From an uncultured Verrucomicrobiae bacterium (GTDB lineage: Bacteria > Verrucomicrobiota > Verrucomicrobiia > Chthoniobacterales > UBA10450), in contig CAWFGO010000001.1 of the NCBI GenBank assembly GCA_963815455.1, positions 192,001 to 256,000 of the forward strand: a DNA stretch of 64,000 nucleotides. The letters run 5' to 3'. Below, one piece after another: positions 10,151 through 19,585 of this stretch (position 1 is the stretch's first letter; each line of letters starts with the position of its first letter). A program made the translations under genes and the position numbers. The notes beneath the pieces were generated by a model. It did no database searches. It saw only the letters and a program-made list of their open reading frames with translations, and was not told where the DNA came from.

Positions 10151-10876
10151 GTAGCCGCGGGCGCCGACCGCGGCCCTCGTGGCATCGCATTCTGAATGGC
10201 CGAGGTCAGCGCCCTCGGCTACAACGAGGCATGCACAAGCATTTTCGCCGTTTGGAGCGCAACTGGATTGAAGCTCCAATTTACTTCATCACCACGTGCA
10301 CACAGAATCGTTGCGCAATTCTCGCGCGCGACGAGGCCGCAGCGATCCTGACTGATGAATGGCGGAGTGCACACGCGCGGCACGGCTGGATTATCGGGCG
10401 CTATGTGATCATGCCCGATCATGTGCATTTTTTCTGTGCGCCTGAGCATGATGCAAAAAATCTGTCTGATTTTGTCGGCTTTTGGAAAAGCTACAGGAGC
10501 CGGAGAGTCAATGCGCTGGGTCGGCCGCGGTCAGCGCCCGCGGCTACAACCGGGCGTCAGCAAGGGTCCGTAGGCCCTGCGCAGTCATGTCCTCGGTCAG
10601 CGCCCGCGGCTACAACGGGACGTCACCGAGCGGCTCCAGCCCCAACGCTTTGGCAACGCGAATTTTTCGATCATCTTCTTCGCTCTAGCGAGAGCTATGA
10701 CCAAAAATGGAATTACGTTCGTGACAATCCCGTTCGCGCGGGGTTGGTATCGGATGCCGAGCATTGGAAACACGCCGGCGAAATCGCGGACCTGATGTTG
10801 TAGCCGCGGGCGCCGACCGCGGCCGACACTGGAAATAGTCATCTCTCGGATTGGCGAGATCGCGGCCCCTGGCTAC
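10151..10876. mobile_element. RAYT locus with flanking and internal GTAG-type REPs (family C)
   Basis: GTAGCCGCGGGCGCCGACCGCGGC units at 10151, 10199 (inverted), 10524 (inverted), 10590 (inverted) and 10800, plus a degenerate unit at about 10853-10876. Confidence 0.85.
10231..10803 (+). CDS. REP-associated tyrosine transposase (RAYT, IS200/IS605-like Y1 HUH)
   Basis: YFITTCT, YVIMPDHVH (HUH), LWQREFFDHLLRS, YVRDNPVRAGLV. Confidence 0.92.
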   Translation: MHKHFRRLERNWIEAPIYFITTCTQNRCAILARDEAAAILTDEWRSAHARHGWIIGRYVIMPDHVHFFCAPEHDAKNLSDFVGFWKSYRSRRVNALGRPRSAPAATTGRQQGSVGPAQSCPRSAPAATTGRHRAAPAPTLWQREFFDHLLRSSESYDQKWNYVRDNPVRAGLVSDAEHWKHAGEIADLML

Positions 10877-12141
10877 AACGCGAAGCGTTCCAGTTTTTGC
10901 GCGAGCTCGGGCGGGACGTGGGCGACAACGAGGGTGTCGTTGTCTTCGTAACTCAATTCGAGCACGTGCCCGACACGATGGATCTCGGCGATAAGCGCGC
11001 TTTCGTTTGCCGGAATGCGGAAACGAGAACGCAATCGCCAGGAACCGAGCGCGCTTTCGAGAGCATGGACGAGATCGACGAGTCCCTCCCCGGTACGGGC
11101 GGAGATGGCGACGCTGCCTGGAAATCGCTTTAGATAGGTCTCGACCGGCTCACTGTCCTCCACCTTGTCGATTTTGTTAAAGACGATGAGCGTTTGCTTG
11201 CCGAACGCGTCAAGTTCCTTGATCACGCTGTCCACGGCTTCCATCTGCTCGTCCACGCGAGGATGGCTAAGATCGACAACGTGAATGAGCAGATCGGCTT
11301 CGCTCACCTCTTCGAGCGTCGCCTTGAACGATTCGATCAATGTGTGCGGCAATTTTCGCAAAAATCCCACCGTGTCCGTGAGCAAAACTCGCTGTTTGTT
11401 GGGCAAAACGAAACTGCGCGTGGTCGGATCGAGCGTAGCGAAAAGTCTGTTCTCGGCCACGACGTCCGAGCCGGTGAGCAGGTTCAGGAGCGTCGATTTG
11501 CCGGCGTTGGTGTAACCGACCACCGCGGCGACGGGCCATTGATGCCGTTTCCGGCCCTGTCGTTGCACGGCGCGCGTTTTGCGGACTTCTCCGAGCTCGC
11601 GCTCGAGACGCGCGATGCGTTCCTGCACACGACGGCGATCGACTTCCAACTGGGTTTCGCCCGGCCCGCGGGTGCCGATCCCGCCAGTTTGGCGGGAAAG
11701 GTGGTCCCACATGCGAGTGAGGCGCGGGAGCAAATATTGCAATTGGGCCAGCTCGATTTGCAAGCGGCCTTCCCGGCTGCGAGCCCGTTGCGCGAAAATA
11801 TCGAGAATCAGTTGGGTGCGATCGAGCACTTTTCGGGAAAGAAGAATTTCCAGGTTGCGCCCCTGGGCAGGAGAAAGTTCGTCGTCGAAGATGACCGAGG
11901 TCACTTGTCGATCTTGCATGGACTGCTTGATCCATTCCGCTTTGCCTTTGCCGATGTAATAAGGCGCGGTCGGCTTCTGAAGCTTTTGGGTAATGGTATC
12001 GACCACTTCAGCACCGGCGGAATTGGCCAGCTCGGCAAGTTCTTCCAGCGAATCGCGCAGGTCCCACTTCGAGACGCCGTCGTGTTCCAGGCCGATCAGG
12101 AGCGCGCGTTCGTGTGTTTTTTGCGGGCGAGTCTCAAACAT
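10873..12141 (-). CDS. hflX: ribosome rescue GTPase HflX
   Basis: GYTNAGKST, LFATLDPT, DTVGF, NKID, GPGETQLE. Confidence 0.97.
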   Translation of the reverse strand: MFETRPQKTHERALLIGLEHDGVSKWDLRDSLEELAELANSAGAEVVDTITQKLQKPTAPYYIGKGKAEWIKQSMQDRQVTSVIFDDELSPAQGRNLEILLSRKVLDRTQLILDIFAQRARSREGRLQIELAQLQYLLPRLTRMWDHLSRQTGGIGTRGPGETQLEVDRRRVQERIARLERELGEVRKTRAVQRQGRKRHQWPVAAVVGYTNAGKSTLLNLLTGSDVVAENRLFATLDPTTRSFVLPNKQRVLLTDTVGFLRKLPHTLIESFKATLEEVSEADLLIHVVDLSHPRVDEQMEAVDSVIKELDAFGKQTLIVFNKIDKVEDSEPVETYLKRFPGSVAISARTGEGLVDLVHALESALGSWRLRSRFRIPANESALIAEIHRVGHVLELSYEDNDTLVVAHVPPELAQKLERFAL

Positions 12142-13072
12142 TCCCTTGCGCTGAGGCCAGACGCGCCTTCAGCGAAATCCTTGCTTCGTTGTGAGTGAGA
12201 AGCGATAAATTCAGCGGCTCAAAATTAGTTTGGCGCCGGAACCAGGTCAACTGTCTTTTGGCGTAACGCCGCGTCGCTTGCTGAATCGCGGCCATGCATT
12301 GTTGGATCGACATTTTTCCGTCAAGCATTTCCCCGATTTCGCGTAAGCCGATCATCTGCGCAGCAGTCCCGCTCATCGCGCCGGCTGCGCGCACTTCTTC
12401 GATCACTCCTTTTTCGAACATGATCTCGACTCTGCGATTGATTCGCTGATAAAGGTCATCGCGATCGCGAAAGACGAAGACGCCGGTTGTAGCCGCGGGC
12501 GTTGACCGCGGCCGGCCGAGGTCGGTGCCCTCGGCTACAGCCCATTGGCCGCGCTGCTCGGACGCAGGCTGGCCGGTGGCGAGGCAAATCTCTAGGGCGC
12601 GTACAACTCGTCGACGGTTTTTCATGTCGATCTTGCGGACGGCTTCGGGATCAAGATTGCCCAGTTTGGAGCGCAACTCGTCAACGCTCAAGGCGTTCAA
12701 TCGCGCGCGCAGTTTTGGATCGACATCCGGCAGGGTCGCCAGGCCGTGGGTCAGCGCCTTGATATAGAGCCCGGTTCCGCCGACAACGATTGCTGATTTT
12801 CCACGCGAATGAATATCGGCAATCGCGTGCAGGGCAGCAGTGCGAAACTTTTCCGCGTTCATCTCTTCGAGGATCGACACCGTGCCGATTAGATGATGCG
12901 GCACTTTCGACAGCGTCACGGCGTCCGGTTTCGCCGTAAGCAAATCGAGGCCGCGATAGATTTGGAATGCATCCGCGCCGACAATTTCCGCGTTGAGCTC
13001 TGATGCAACATCGGCGGCCAGCTGGGATTTTCCGGTCGCAGTCGGGCCAACGATGTAGAAGGTGCGCCGCAT
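12134..13072 (-). CDS. miaA: tRNA dimethylallyltransferase
   Basis: GPTATGKS, DAFQIYRG, GGTGLY, TRRYAKRQLTWF. Confidence 0.96.
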   Translation of the reverse strand: MRRTFYIVGPTATGKSQLAADVASELNAEIVGADAFQIYRGLDLLTAKPDAVTLSKVPHHLIGTVSILEEMNAEKFRTAALHAIADIHSRGKSAIVVGGTGLYIKALTHGLATLPDVDPKLRARLNALSVDELRSKLGNLDPEAVRKIDMKNRRRVVRALEICLATGQPASEQRGQWAVAEGTDLGRPRSTPAATTGVFVFRDRDDLYQRINRRVEIMFEKGVIEEVRAAGAMSGTAAQMIGLREIGEMLDGKMSIQQCMAAIQQATRRYAKRQLTWFRRQTNFEPLNLSLLTHNEARISLKARLASAQGNV

Positions 13073-13080
13073 TCATTAAT

Positions 13081-13164
13081 TGTAGGGCGTTTCTGTGAAC
13101 CCCGAAAGCATTCGGGGCTGGCACAGAAACGCCCTACAAATCGACGGTCGGAGACCGCCGCTAC
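13081..13164. repeat. GTAG-type palindrome with nested hairpin, followed by a family D REP
   Basis: Perfect 17-bp inverted repeat TGTAGGGCGTTTCTGTG / CACAGAAACGCCCTACA enclosing CCCCGAAAGCATTCGGGG, then CGGTCGGAGACCGCCGCTAC. Confidence 0.8.
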
Positions 13165-13211
13165 AGAAACAAATCGGGAGACGCGCGCTTCGAAGCGCAA
13201 CGTCTCCCGAT
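13165..13211 (-). terminator. intrinsic terminator of the RRM gene
   Basis: Stem ATCGGGAGACG / CGTCTCCCGAT followed by TTGTTTCT on the minus strand, 19 bp after the stop. Confidence 0.65.
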
Positions 13212-13229
13212 CGAAATTGCCAGGCTCGG

Positions 13230-13727
13230 TTATTCCGAGTGATGTTCGCTCGACTTGGCGCCGCTCACCACCAGCTTGCGGCCGAGAAACTCCTTGTCGT
13301 GCAATTCTTCAACCGCCCGCTTCGCTTCCTCGACGGTCTGCATCTGGACAAAGGCGAAACCTTTCGAACGTTGATTGTGGCGATAACTCACCACCTCGGC
13401 GTTTTGCACATGGCCCACGCCGTTGAACAATTCGAAGAGATCGCTCTCGGTGGCGTCGAAGGACAAATTGCCGACGTAAAGACGCGGCGAACGAACTTCA
13501 ACCGATTCAGGCTTGCGCGGCGACCGCGACGGTTGCGAGCCGTTGCGCGCCACGACGGCGTGTTTCTTCGCGCTTTTTTCGTTTCCAAAAAATGCCGCGA
13601 CCCGCTGCCAGAATGTTTTCTTGGGCGCTGTTGGGCGTGCGTCTTGATAACGCCCCCGCCCCTCGCCCCTGCGTCGAGATCCGCCCCGCGGCCTGCGCGA
13701 GCGTCTCCCTGATGAATGAGAGTTCAT
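13230..13727 (-). CDS. RRM (RNP-1) RNA-binding protein with Arg-rich N-terminus
   Basis: RNP2 LYVGNL and RNP1 KGFAFVQM. Confidence 0.9.
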   Translation of the reverse strand: MNSHSSGRRSRRPRGGSRRRGEGRGRYQDARPTAPKKTFWQRVAAFFGNEKSAKKHAVVARNGSQPSRSPRKPESVEVRSPRLYVGNLSFDATESDLFELFNGVGHVQNAEVVSYRHNQRSKGFAFVQMQTVEEAKRAVEELHDKEFLGRKLVVSGAKSSEHHSE

Positions 13728-14100
13728 AATGATCCTCAATATTTACCCAATGATGTGATGGACGGAGCGCATCGGAAGATGCACGGTCCGCGGCGCGTCG
13801 CCCCCGAAGGGTCGATTCAAGCAAACTGCCAGCCCCACCATCTCGGGGCCGCGCCATTGGAAACTCCGTCTCGTTCTGTCGGGAACGAATTCGTCTCGAG
13901 CCGTAAAGCGCCAGAGTGAGCGAACGAAGCAGCGAAGATGCAAAATCCCGCATCATAATATTCAAAGCCTGGTATCGTCGTTAAGAGCGAACGGAATCGA
14001 TAACGATTCCCGACAGTGGCGCACATTATCCGCGAAGCGCATGCGATTGCAAGCAAAAGAAGCCGGCTAGGCACAGTCAGTCCTTCAGCTCGCTTTCCTG

Positions 14101-14231
14101 GTCATCCTGAGCGAAGCGAAGGATCCCGCGAGGGCGGGCAACGCGCGCGAGCAACTTCTGCGACCCGGCCTTCAGTGTGGCTTGAATGTCCGCAATACGT
14201 AGGCGAGTTCCCTCGCTTCACTCGGGATGGC
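14101..14231. repeat. family A REP inverted pair
   Basis: GTCATCCTGAGCGAAGCGAAGGATCCC ... CCCTCGCTTCACTCGGGATGGC. Confidence 0.8.
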
Positions 14232-14237
14232 AGCCTC

Positions 14238-15247
14238 TCATCGAGTAAACCGGTCTCGCAGGGAGTAGAATCGCGATTTCAAATACTGCCGCGGTCGTTC
14301 ATGCCGGATCGGTTTCATAAAATGTCTCAAGGCTCGCTCGCTCAACTGCGGCTCGTAACCGAATGCCGGCATCAGATCGCGGCAATGCCATTCCACCCAG
14401 CCGATTTCATCCTCCGATAAGTCACCCTGCCATCGCGTAAGCGGCTCGGCACTGATCTGGGTAAAGCGCGCCTCGGTGGCGGAATTACCCGCCCAGAATT
14501 TTCCAGCCTTGGTCGGGGTCAACACAATCTCCGGATCGTAGTCGATCTCGAGAAAGGCGCAGACTTTTTTCATCCAATCGGCTGTTTCGAGGACGAGCTT
14601 TTCATAGGGCACGACCAGCGTCGAGGAATCGCCTCCGTTCATCGCCGGCAAAGCGACTCTGGCGATTTCCCGCCAATGACTGATGCAGTAATAAGTGGAA
14701 AAGGTTCCCAGCCTTCTCGTTTTTTCCAAGGCGATCTGGGCCGCCAGAATGGCGCGGGGATCGCGGAGGGTGAGCAGGATCCTGGCATGCGGGAAACGGG
14801 AGCGAATGGCGGGAATACACCTGCGATTGGCCGGCGTCTTTTCGACCCAGCGCGCCACCGAATCGAGCGATCTTCCGAGCACAGCCGCGTAGGCCTGCAT
14901 CAGGATGACCAGCAAATCTTTTTCGGAGTTCGCTGGATCGAATGCCATCTGCTCGAAAGTCTGCAAAGACGCGCAGTTGGAAAATAGGAGTAATCGCGCT
15001 TCCCCCATTTGCAGGGACCACCAAAGAGAACATTCGAGAGCGATTGGGTGGTAATATAATCAAACTGGGCCCGCCGCCCTCGCGAGCCGTATTTGGTGAG
15101 AACCGTCGGGAAATAGGCGGTCTCTTCCGGAAGGACGAGCAGTTCCGGATGATTGTCGAGCAAGGCAACCAGCAGGGTCGTCCCCGACTTTGCCTGGCCG
15201 GCTATGAAACAAGCGCGCTGATCGAACGGCAAGTGGCTGGAATCCAT
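14238..15247 (-). CDS. sulfotransferase; one frameshift at about 14965
   Basis: PAPS loop GQAKSGTT in ORF 14900-15247 and RDPR in ORF 14238-15008. The frames join if one base is added to the A3 run at 14965-14967. Confidence 0.8.
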
Positions 15248-15418
15248 TGACCTGGAAAAGTAGCACAGCCGAGCCGTTTGCGGGTGTTTTGTCGGAACGC
15301 GCGCAGGTCCGGCTAGAACGGAAGAACCATCAAATAAGCGTAGCTATTTATTGGTCGATAAACTAACATCGGCATCCCTAATTTCCTCTCCGGAACGGAA
15401 CAAAAGCTAATTACTCGA

Positions 15419-17692
15419 ATGAAAAAGAAATCCCTGTCGCAATCCGCCTTCTTTAGTCGCAGAACCTTGATCGGTTTTGCCATTTGCCTTGCTGGCGTAA
15501 CCCTTGCCTTCCTTGGATTCGCCGCAAATCCGACAAAGTCTCCCATCGCACCGAAAGCACGACCGGACGATTCGCGCCGGCCGCAACCGGACGTGGTGCG
15601 AATGGTTGGTCCCGTCTCGCTCGATCGCGATCTTCGCACGCTTCCCTACATTCCTCAGGGTGGAGAAAATGACGAGGACATTCGGCTGACCCGGCATCCC
15701 CGTCTTAAGAGCGGCGCGCCGGAAAAGTTCGATCCGGTAATGGCGGTGCGGAAGCTGATGGCACCGATGGCCATGCCGACGCCGATTGCAACCTATGCGG
15801 GCATCGGTCGCCCGAATAATGGATGTAACTGCGTGCCGCCCGACACCAACGGCGATGTCGGCCCGAACCACTATATTCAGACCGTAAACTCGACGTTTAC
15901 GGTCCTCGACAAGTCCGGCAACGTCCTGGTCGCACCCACGACGTTTAACTCCCTTTTCGTTGCGATGGGTGCCACTCCCTGCGGCTTGAACCAAAACCAG
16001 GGCGACCCGGTGGCCTTTTACGATCACGTGGCCGATCGGTGGGTGATCAGCGATTTTGCTTTCCCCTCGTTTCCTGGTGTCTCGTTTTACCAGTGCTTCG
16101 CCGTCTCGAAGACAAGCGATCCGGTGGCGGGCGGCTGGTGGCTCTATTCGCTCCAGGTCGATCCGACGAATCCGAACTATTTGGGTGACTATCCGAAGTT
16201 CGGTCTTTGGCCCGATGCTTACTACATGACGGTTAACATGTTTGCGAACACCACCACATTTAATGGCGTGCGAGTTTACGCCCTTCCCCGCAACGACATG
16301 ATCAACGGCATCGGGGCGCCAAATCCTAATGCCGTCGCTTTTAGTATCGCGGCCGCCGACATTGGGGACACTTACAGTCTTGTTCCGGCCGGGTTTCGCA
16401 CGGGCAGCCCGCCCCCGGTTGGGACGCCGGAATACCTACTTTCCGTCGACAGCCCGGCTACGGGTGGCGTGACGCTGACTCAAGTGCACGCGTGGCGGTT
16501 TCATGTCGATTTTACCACCCCAGCCAACTCCACTTTTGGCGTCGGTGCCGGCCACACTCAGAATGCCGAGATTACCGTGGACGGTTTCGTGGACGCGTTT
16601 ACCGATTCGTCAAGCAGTCTGGTGCCGCAGCTGGGAACGACCCGGCTGCTCGACACGCTCGGGGACAAGATCATGTACCCGCTCGTCTATCAGAACCGAG
16701 GCGGCGTGGAATCTCTGTGGGCTGCGCAGACCGTAAACAACAATCAGGGCGGGACCGGCCCCATGGCGATTCGCTGGTATCAGTTCGATGTCACCGGCAG
16801 CACCATTCCCGCTGCACCGGTGCAGCAGCAAACGTTTAATAATGCGGCCGACGGGTTGTTCCGCTGGATGCCGAGCATCGCTGTGGACGCACAAGGTAAC
16901 ATGGTCATCGGTTATTCGACATCGAGTTCCACTGTCTCTCCTTCTATCCGTTATGCCGGCCGGTTGGCCAGCGACCCACCCAATTCTCTCGCCCAAGGCG
17001 AAGCAACCATGATCACGGGCGGGAGTCAGACTGGTGCCAGCCGCTGGGGTGATTACAGCATGTTGAGTATCGACCCGGCGGACAATTCCACCTTCTGGCA
17101 GACGCACGAATACTACGTCGCCACCAGCTCCTCGACCTGGGCCACGCGCATCGGCAAGTTCCGATTCCCGCCGGCGGCGCTCGCGATGGCATCGTCCGTT
17201 TCCCGTAAAGCCCACGGCGGCGCGGGCAGCTTCGACATCGCCCTGCCCGGCGTCGAATGTCGCAGTGGCGGCGTGGGCGGCGATTACACGTTTGTCTTTA
17301 CCTTCAATAACAACGTGACCAGCGGCACGGCCACGGTCGACACCGGTGTTGGCAGCGTCTCGGGTTCGCCCGTGTTTTCCGGCAACACAATGACCGTGAA
17401 TCTCACCGGGGTCGGCAACGCCCAAGTCCTGACTGTAAAACTGGCCGGCGTAACCGACGTTTTCGCCCAAGTGCTGCCGGATACACTGGTGAACGCCACC
17501 ATGTTGATCGGCGACACGAACGGCAATCATCTGGTCAACGGAACGGACGTCTCCCAAACCAAAGCGCAGCTTGGCCAACCTGTAACCGGCAGCAATTTCC
17601 GGACGGACGTAAATGCCAACGGCTCTGTCAATGGCACCGATGTATCCCAGGTGAAAGCGCACATCGGCGAAGGGGCTGGACCGGCGGAATAG
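15419..17692 (+). CDS. secreted protein with Ig-like + dockerin-like C-terminus
   Basis: Signal peptide; PPDTNGDVGPNHY, DYPK and RWGDYS motifs; C-terminal SRKAHG..ECR and twin GDTNGN / DVNANG repeats. Confidence 0.85.
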   Translation: MKKKSLSQSAFFSRRTLIGFAICLAGVTLAFLGFAANPTKSPIAPKARPDDSRRPQPDVVRMVGPVSLDRDLRTLPYIPQGGENDEDIRLTRHPRLKSGAPEKFDPVMAVRKLMAPMAMPTPIATYAGIGRPNNGCNCVPPDTNGDVGPNHYIQTVNSTFTVLDKSGNVLVAPTTFNSLFVAMGATPCGLNQNQGDPVAFYDHVADRWVISDFAFPSFPGVSFYQCFAVSKTSDPVAGGWWLYSLQVDPTNPNYLGDYPKFGLWPDAYYMTVNMFANTTTFNGVRVYALPRNDMINGIGAPNPNAVAFSIAAADIGDTYSLVPAGFRTGSPPPVGTPEYLLSVDSPATGGVTLTQVHAWRFHVDFTTPANSTFGVGAGHTQNAEITVDGFVDAFTDSSSSLVPQLGTTRLLDTLGDKIMYPLVYQNRGGVESLWAAQTVNNNQGGTGPMAIRWYQFDVTGSTIPAAPVQQQTFNNAADGLFRWMPSIAVDAQGNMVIGYSTSSSTVSPSIRYAGRLASDPPNSLAQGEATMITGGSQTGASRWGDYSMLSIDPADNSTFWQTHEYYVATSSSTWATRIGKFRFPPAALAMASSVSRKAHGGAGSFDIALPGVECRSGGVGGDYTFVFTFNNNVTSGTATVDTGVGSVSGSPVFSGNTMTVNLTGVGNAQVLTVKLAGVTDVFAQVLPDTLVNATMLIGDTNGNHLVNGTDVSQTKAQLGQPVTGSNFRTDVNANGSVNGTDVSQVKAHIGEGAGPAE

Positions 17693-17713
17693 ACAGCTAA
17701 TGCCGGCCCTTCC

Positions 17714-17769
17714 GTCGCGACGCTCTCTGAGCGTCGGACGAAGAATGCGACGGTCGGCGACCGCGCTAC
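17714..17769. repeat. GTAG-type REP pair (family D)
   Basis: CGACGCTCTCTGAGCGTCG hairpin, then CGGTCGGCGACCGCGCTAC. Confidence 0.65.
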
Positions 17770-18731
17770 AGCACAGGTTTGCCAGCGCTCTGCGTCTTCC
17801 GATACCATTCGACAAAGCGCGGCAGCCCGACGCTCAGTCGAGTGGTCGGCTTGTAGCCGAGCAGCCGTTTCGCTTTCGAAATGTCGGCGCAAGTTAGCGG
17901 GACATCGCCCGGTTGTTCCGGTAAGCGATTGATCTTCGCCTTTGCCCCAAGCGCGTTCTCGATCGCGGCGATTAAATCCTTGAGCTGAATCGTTTCACTC
18001 TCCCCGAGATTGAAGATATCGAACAACGGGCCGTCATAATCGATCGCCGCCATGGTACCCTGAATAATATCGTCGATGTAAGTATAATCCCGGCGCGTGG
18101 TGCCGTCGCCGAACTGGTCGATCGGCTGGCCTGCCTGAATTTTTCTGGTGAATTGATGGATCGCCAGATCGGGCCGTTGCCGCGGGCCGTAAACGGTAAA
18201 ATAACGAAGCGCGACCACCCGCATCTGGTAAAGATGCGAGAAGGTCGAGCAAAGAAATTCACCCGCGATTTTGGTCGCCGCGTAGGGACTGATGGTCTGG
18301 GTGAGGTGTTGATCTTCTGAAAACGGCACCGTTTTCGAGACTCCGTAAACCGATGAGCTCGACGCAAAGACGAATCGTTCCACGCCGGTCAAGCGGGCCG
18401 CTTCGAGCAGATGCAATGTGCCGTTCACATTCGTGTCGTAATAGAGCTGGGGATCCTGGATCGACGGGCGAACACCCGCGCGCGCGGCCAAATGCACAAT
18501 CACTTCAAATTTCTCGCCTTGGAACACCCCGCGCACCGCGCCGCTATCGCGAAGATCGACATGGTGAATGGCGACATCTTTCGCCACCGCGGCGATATTC
18601 TCCCGCTTGATTCGCGGATCGTAATAATCGTTGAAGTCGTCGAGGATGGAGACTTGATGCCCATCGCCGAGAAGTTTCTCGACAAGATGCGAGCCAATGA
18701 AACCCGCTCCGCCTGTGACCAGAATTTTCAT
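17766..18731 (-). CDS. NAD-dependent nucleotide-sugar epimerase (UDP-glucuronate 4-epimerase-like)
   Basis: GGAGFIG, HLAARAGVRPS, ASSSSVYG, YAATK, RDYTYIDD. Confidence 0.92.
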   Translation of the reverse strand: MKILVTGGAGFIGSHLVEKLLGDGHQVSILDDFNDYYDPRIKRENIAAVAKDVAIHHVDLRDSGAVRGVFQGEKFEVIVHLAARAGVRPSIQDPQLYYDTNVNGTLHLLEAARLTGVERFVFASSSSVYGVSKTVPFSEDQHLTQTISPYAATKIAGEFLCSTFSHLYQMRVVALRYFTVYGPRQRPDLAIHQFTRKIQAGQPIDQFGDGTTRRDYTYIDDIIQGTMAAIDYDGPLFDIFNLGESETIQLKDLIAAIENALGAKAKINRLPEQPGDVPLTCADISKAKRLLGYKPTTRLSVGLPRFVEWYRKTQSAGKPVL

Positions 18732-18746
18732 CCAGCCAAGAGTTGA

Positions 18747-18842
18747 ACCACGAAGGCCGCGAAGTGCACGAAGAAAATTTCGGATTTCTGCCCTGGTTGT
18801 CTTTTTCCATGCAGACTTCGTGTTCTTCGTGATCTTCGTGGT
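18747..18842. repeat. 9-bp periodic CACGAAG inverted repeat pair (family E)
   Basis: ACCACGAAG-GCCGCGAAG-TGCACGAAG ... CTTCGTGTT-CTTCGTGAT-CTTCGTGGT. Confidence 0.75.
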
Positions 18843-18848
18843 GAAACA

Positions 18849-19499
18849 ATGAAAAAAGTCATCGCGCTCAGCGCTGCCGCGTTTCTCCTGGGATTCGTTG
18901 CCACGCTTTGGTTTCGGCTTTGGCCGGAATTAACGCGCCCGGCCCATGTCGATCCGGCGTTTCGGCTCCCCTCGCCTCTCGATCTGGCTTCATTGCCAAC
19001 CGCGACGCGATTCGATTTTCCGCTCGGCAGCGAAAACGGCGCGATGAGCTATAACGCGCAGCCATTTACCGAGAACCGTCATCTCGGCGACGATCTCAAC
19101 GGCATCGGCGGCGAAAACAGCGACTTGGGCGATCCGATCTTCGCCGTGGCCGATGGCCGCGTTTTATTGACCCGCGACGGCGGCCCGGGCTGGGGTAACG
19201 TGATCATCGTGCTGCATGCTTACATCGAAAATGGCGCGCGAAAATTTGTGCAGTCGTACTATGGGCATGTGCAGGAAATGCTCGTCCGGGCCGGCGACGA
19301 TGTTCGGCGTGGCCAGCAAATCGCGACCGTCGGCACCGCTAATGGCCGTTATCTGGCGCATCTACATTTCGAGATGCGCGAATTCACTATGCCGTTTATC
19401 GGTCCGGGTTATCGCGACGATACCAGCGGCTGGGTCGATCCCGCAGCCTTTATTCAATCACACCGTGGCGCCGCCGAGGACGACATAGGGAAACCGTAA
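18849..19499 (+). CDS. M23 family metallopeptidase
   Basis: HLGDDL, YYGH and HLHFE motifs; N-terminal anchor. Confidence 0.9.
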   Translation: MKKVIALSAAAFLLGFVATLWFRLWPELTRPAHVDPAFRLPSPLDLASLPTATRFDFPLGSENGAMSYNAQPFTENRHLGDDLNGIGGENSDLGDPIFAVADGRVLLTRDGGPGWGNVIIVLHAYIENGARKFVQSYYGHVQEMLVRAGDDVRRGQQIATVGTANGRYLAHLHFEMREFTMPFIGPGYRDDTSGWVDPAAFIQSHRGAAEDDIGKP

Positions 19500-19585
19500 G
19501 GTGGATCGACCGCTCCGCGGGCGATGCTAGACAAATGCGGCTTCGCCGCCTGATTTAACATCGCGCTCGGAGATCGCGATCCACC
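19500..19585. repeat. GGTGGATCG-type REP doublet (family F)
   Basis: GGTGGATCGACCGCTCCGCGGGCGAT ... ATCGCGCTCGGAGATCGCGATCCACC; siblings at 37513 and 40763. Confidence 0.75.

Noticed and set aside
10115..10279. N-terminal extensions of nth (also lat 36010-36117, gcdH 40663-40746, mgtE 31685-31846)
   Set aside because: The extensions run through REP and promoter DNA. Downstream starts match typical family lengths.
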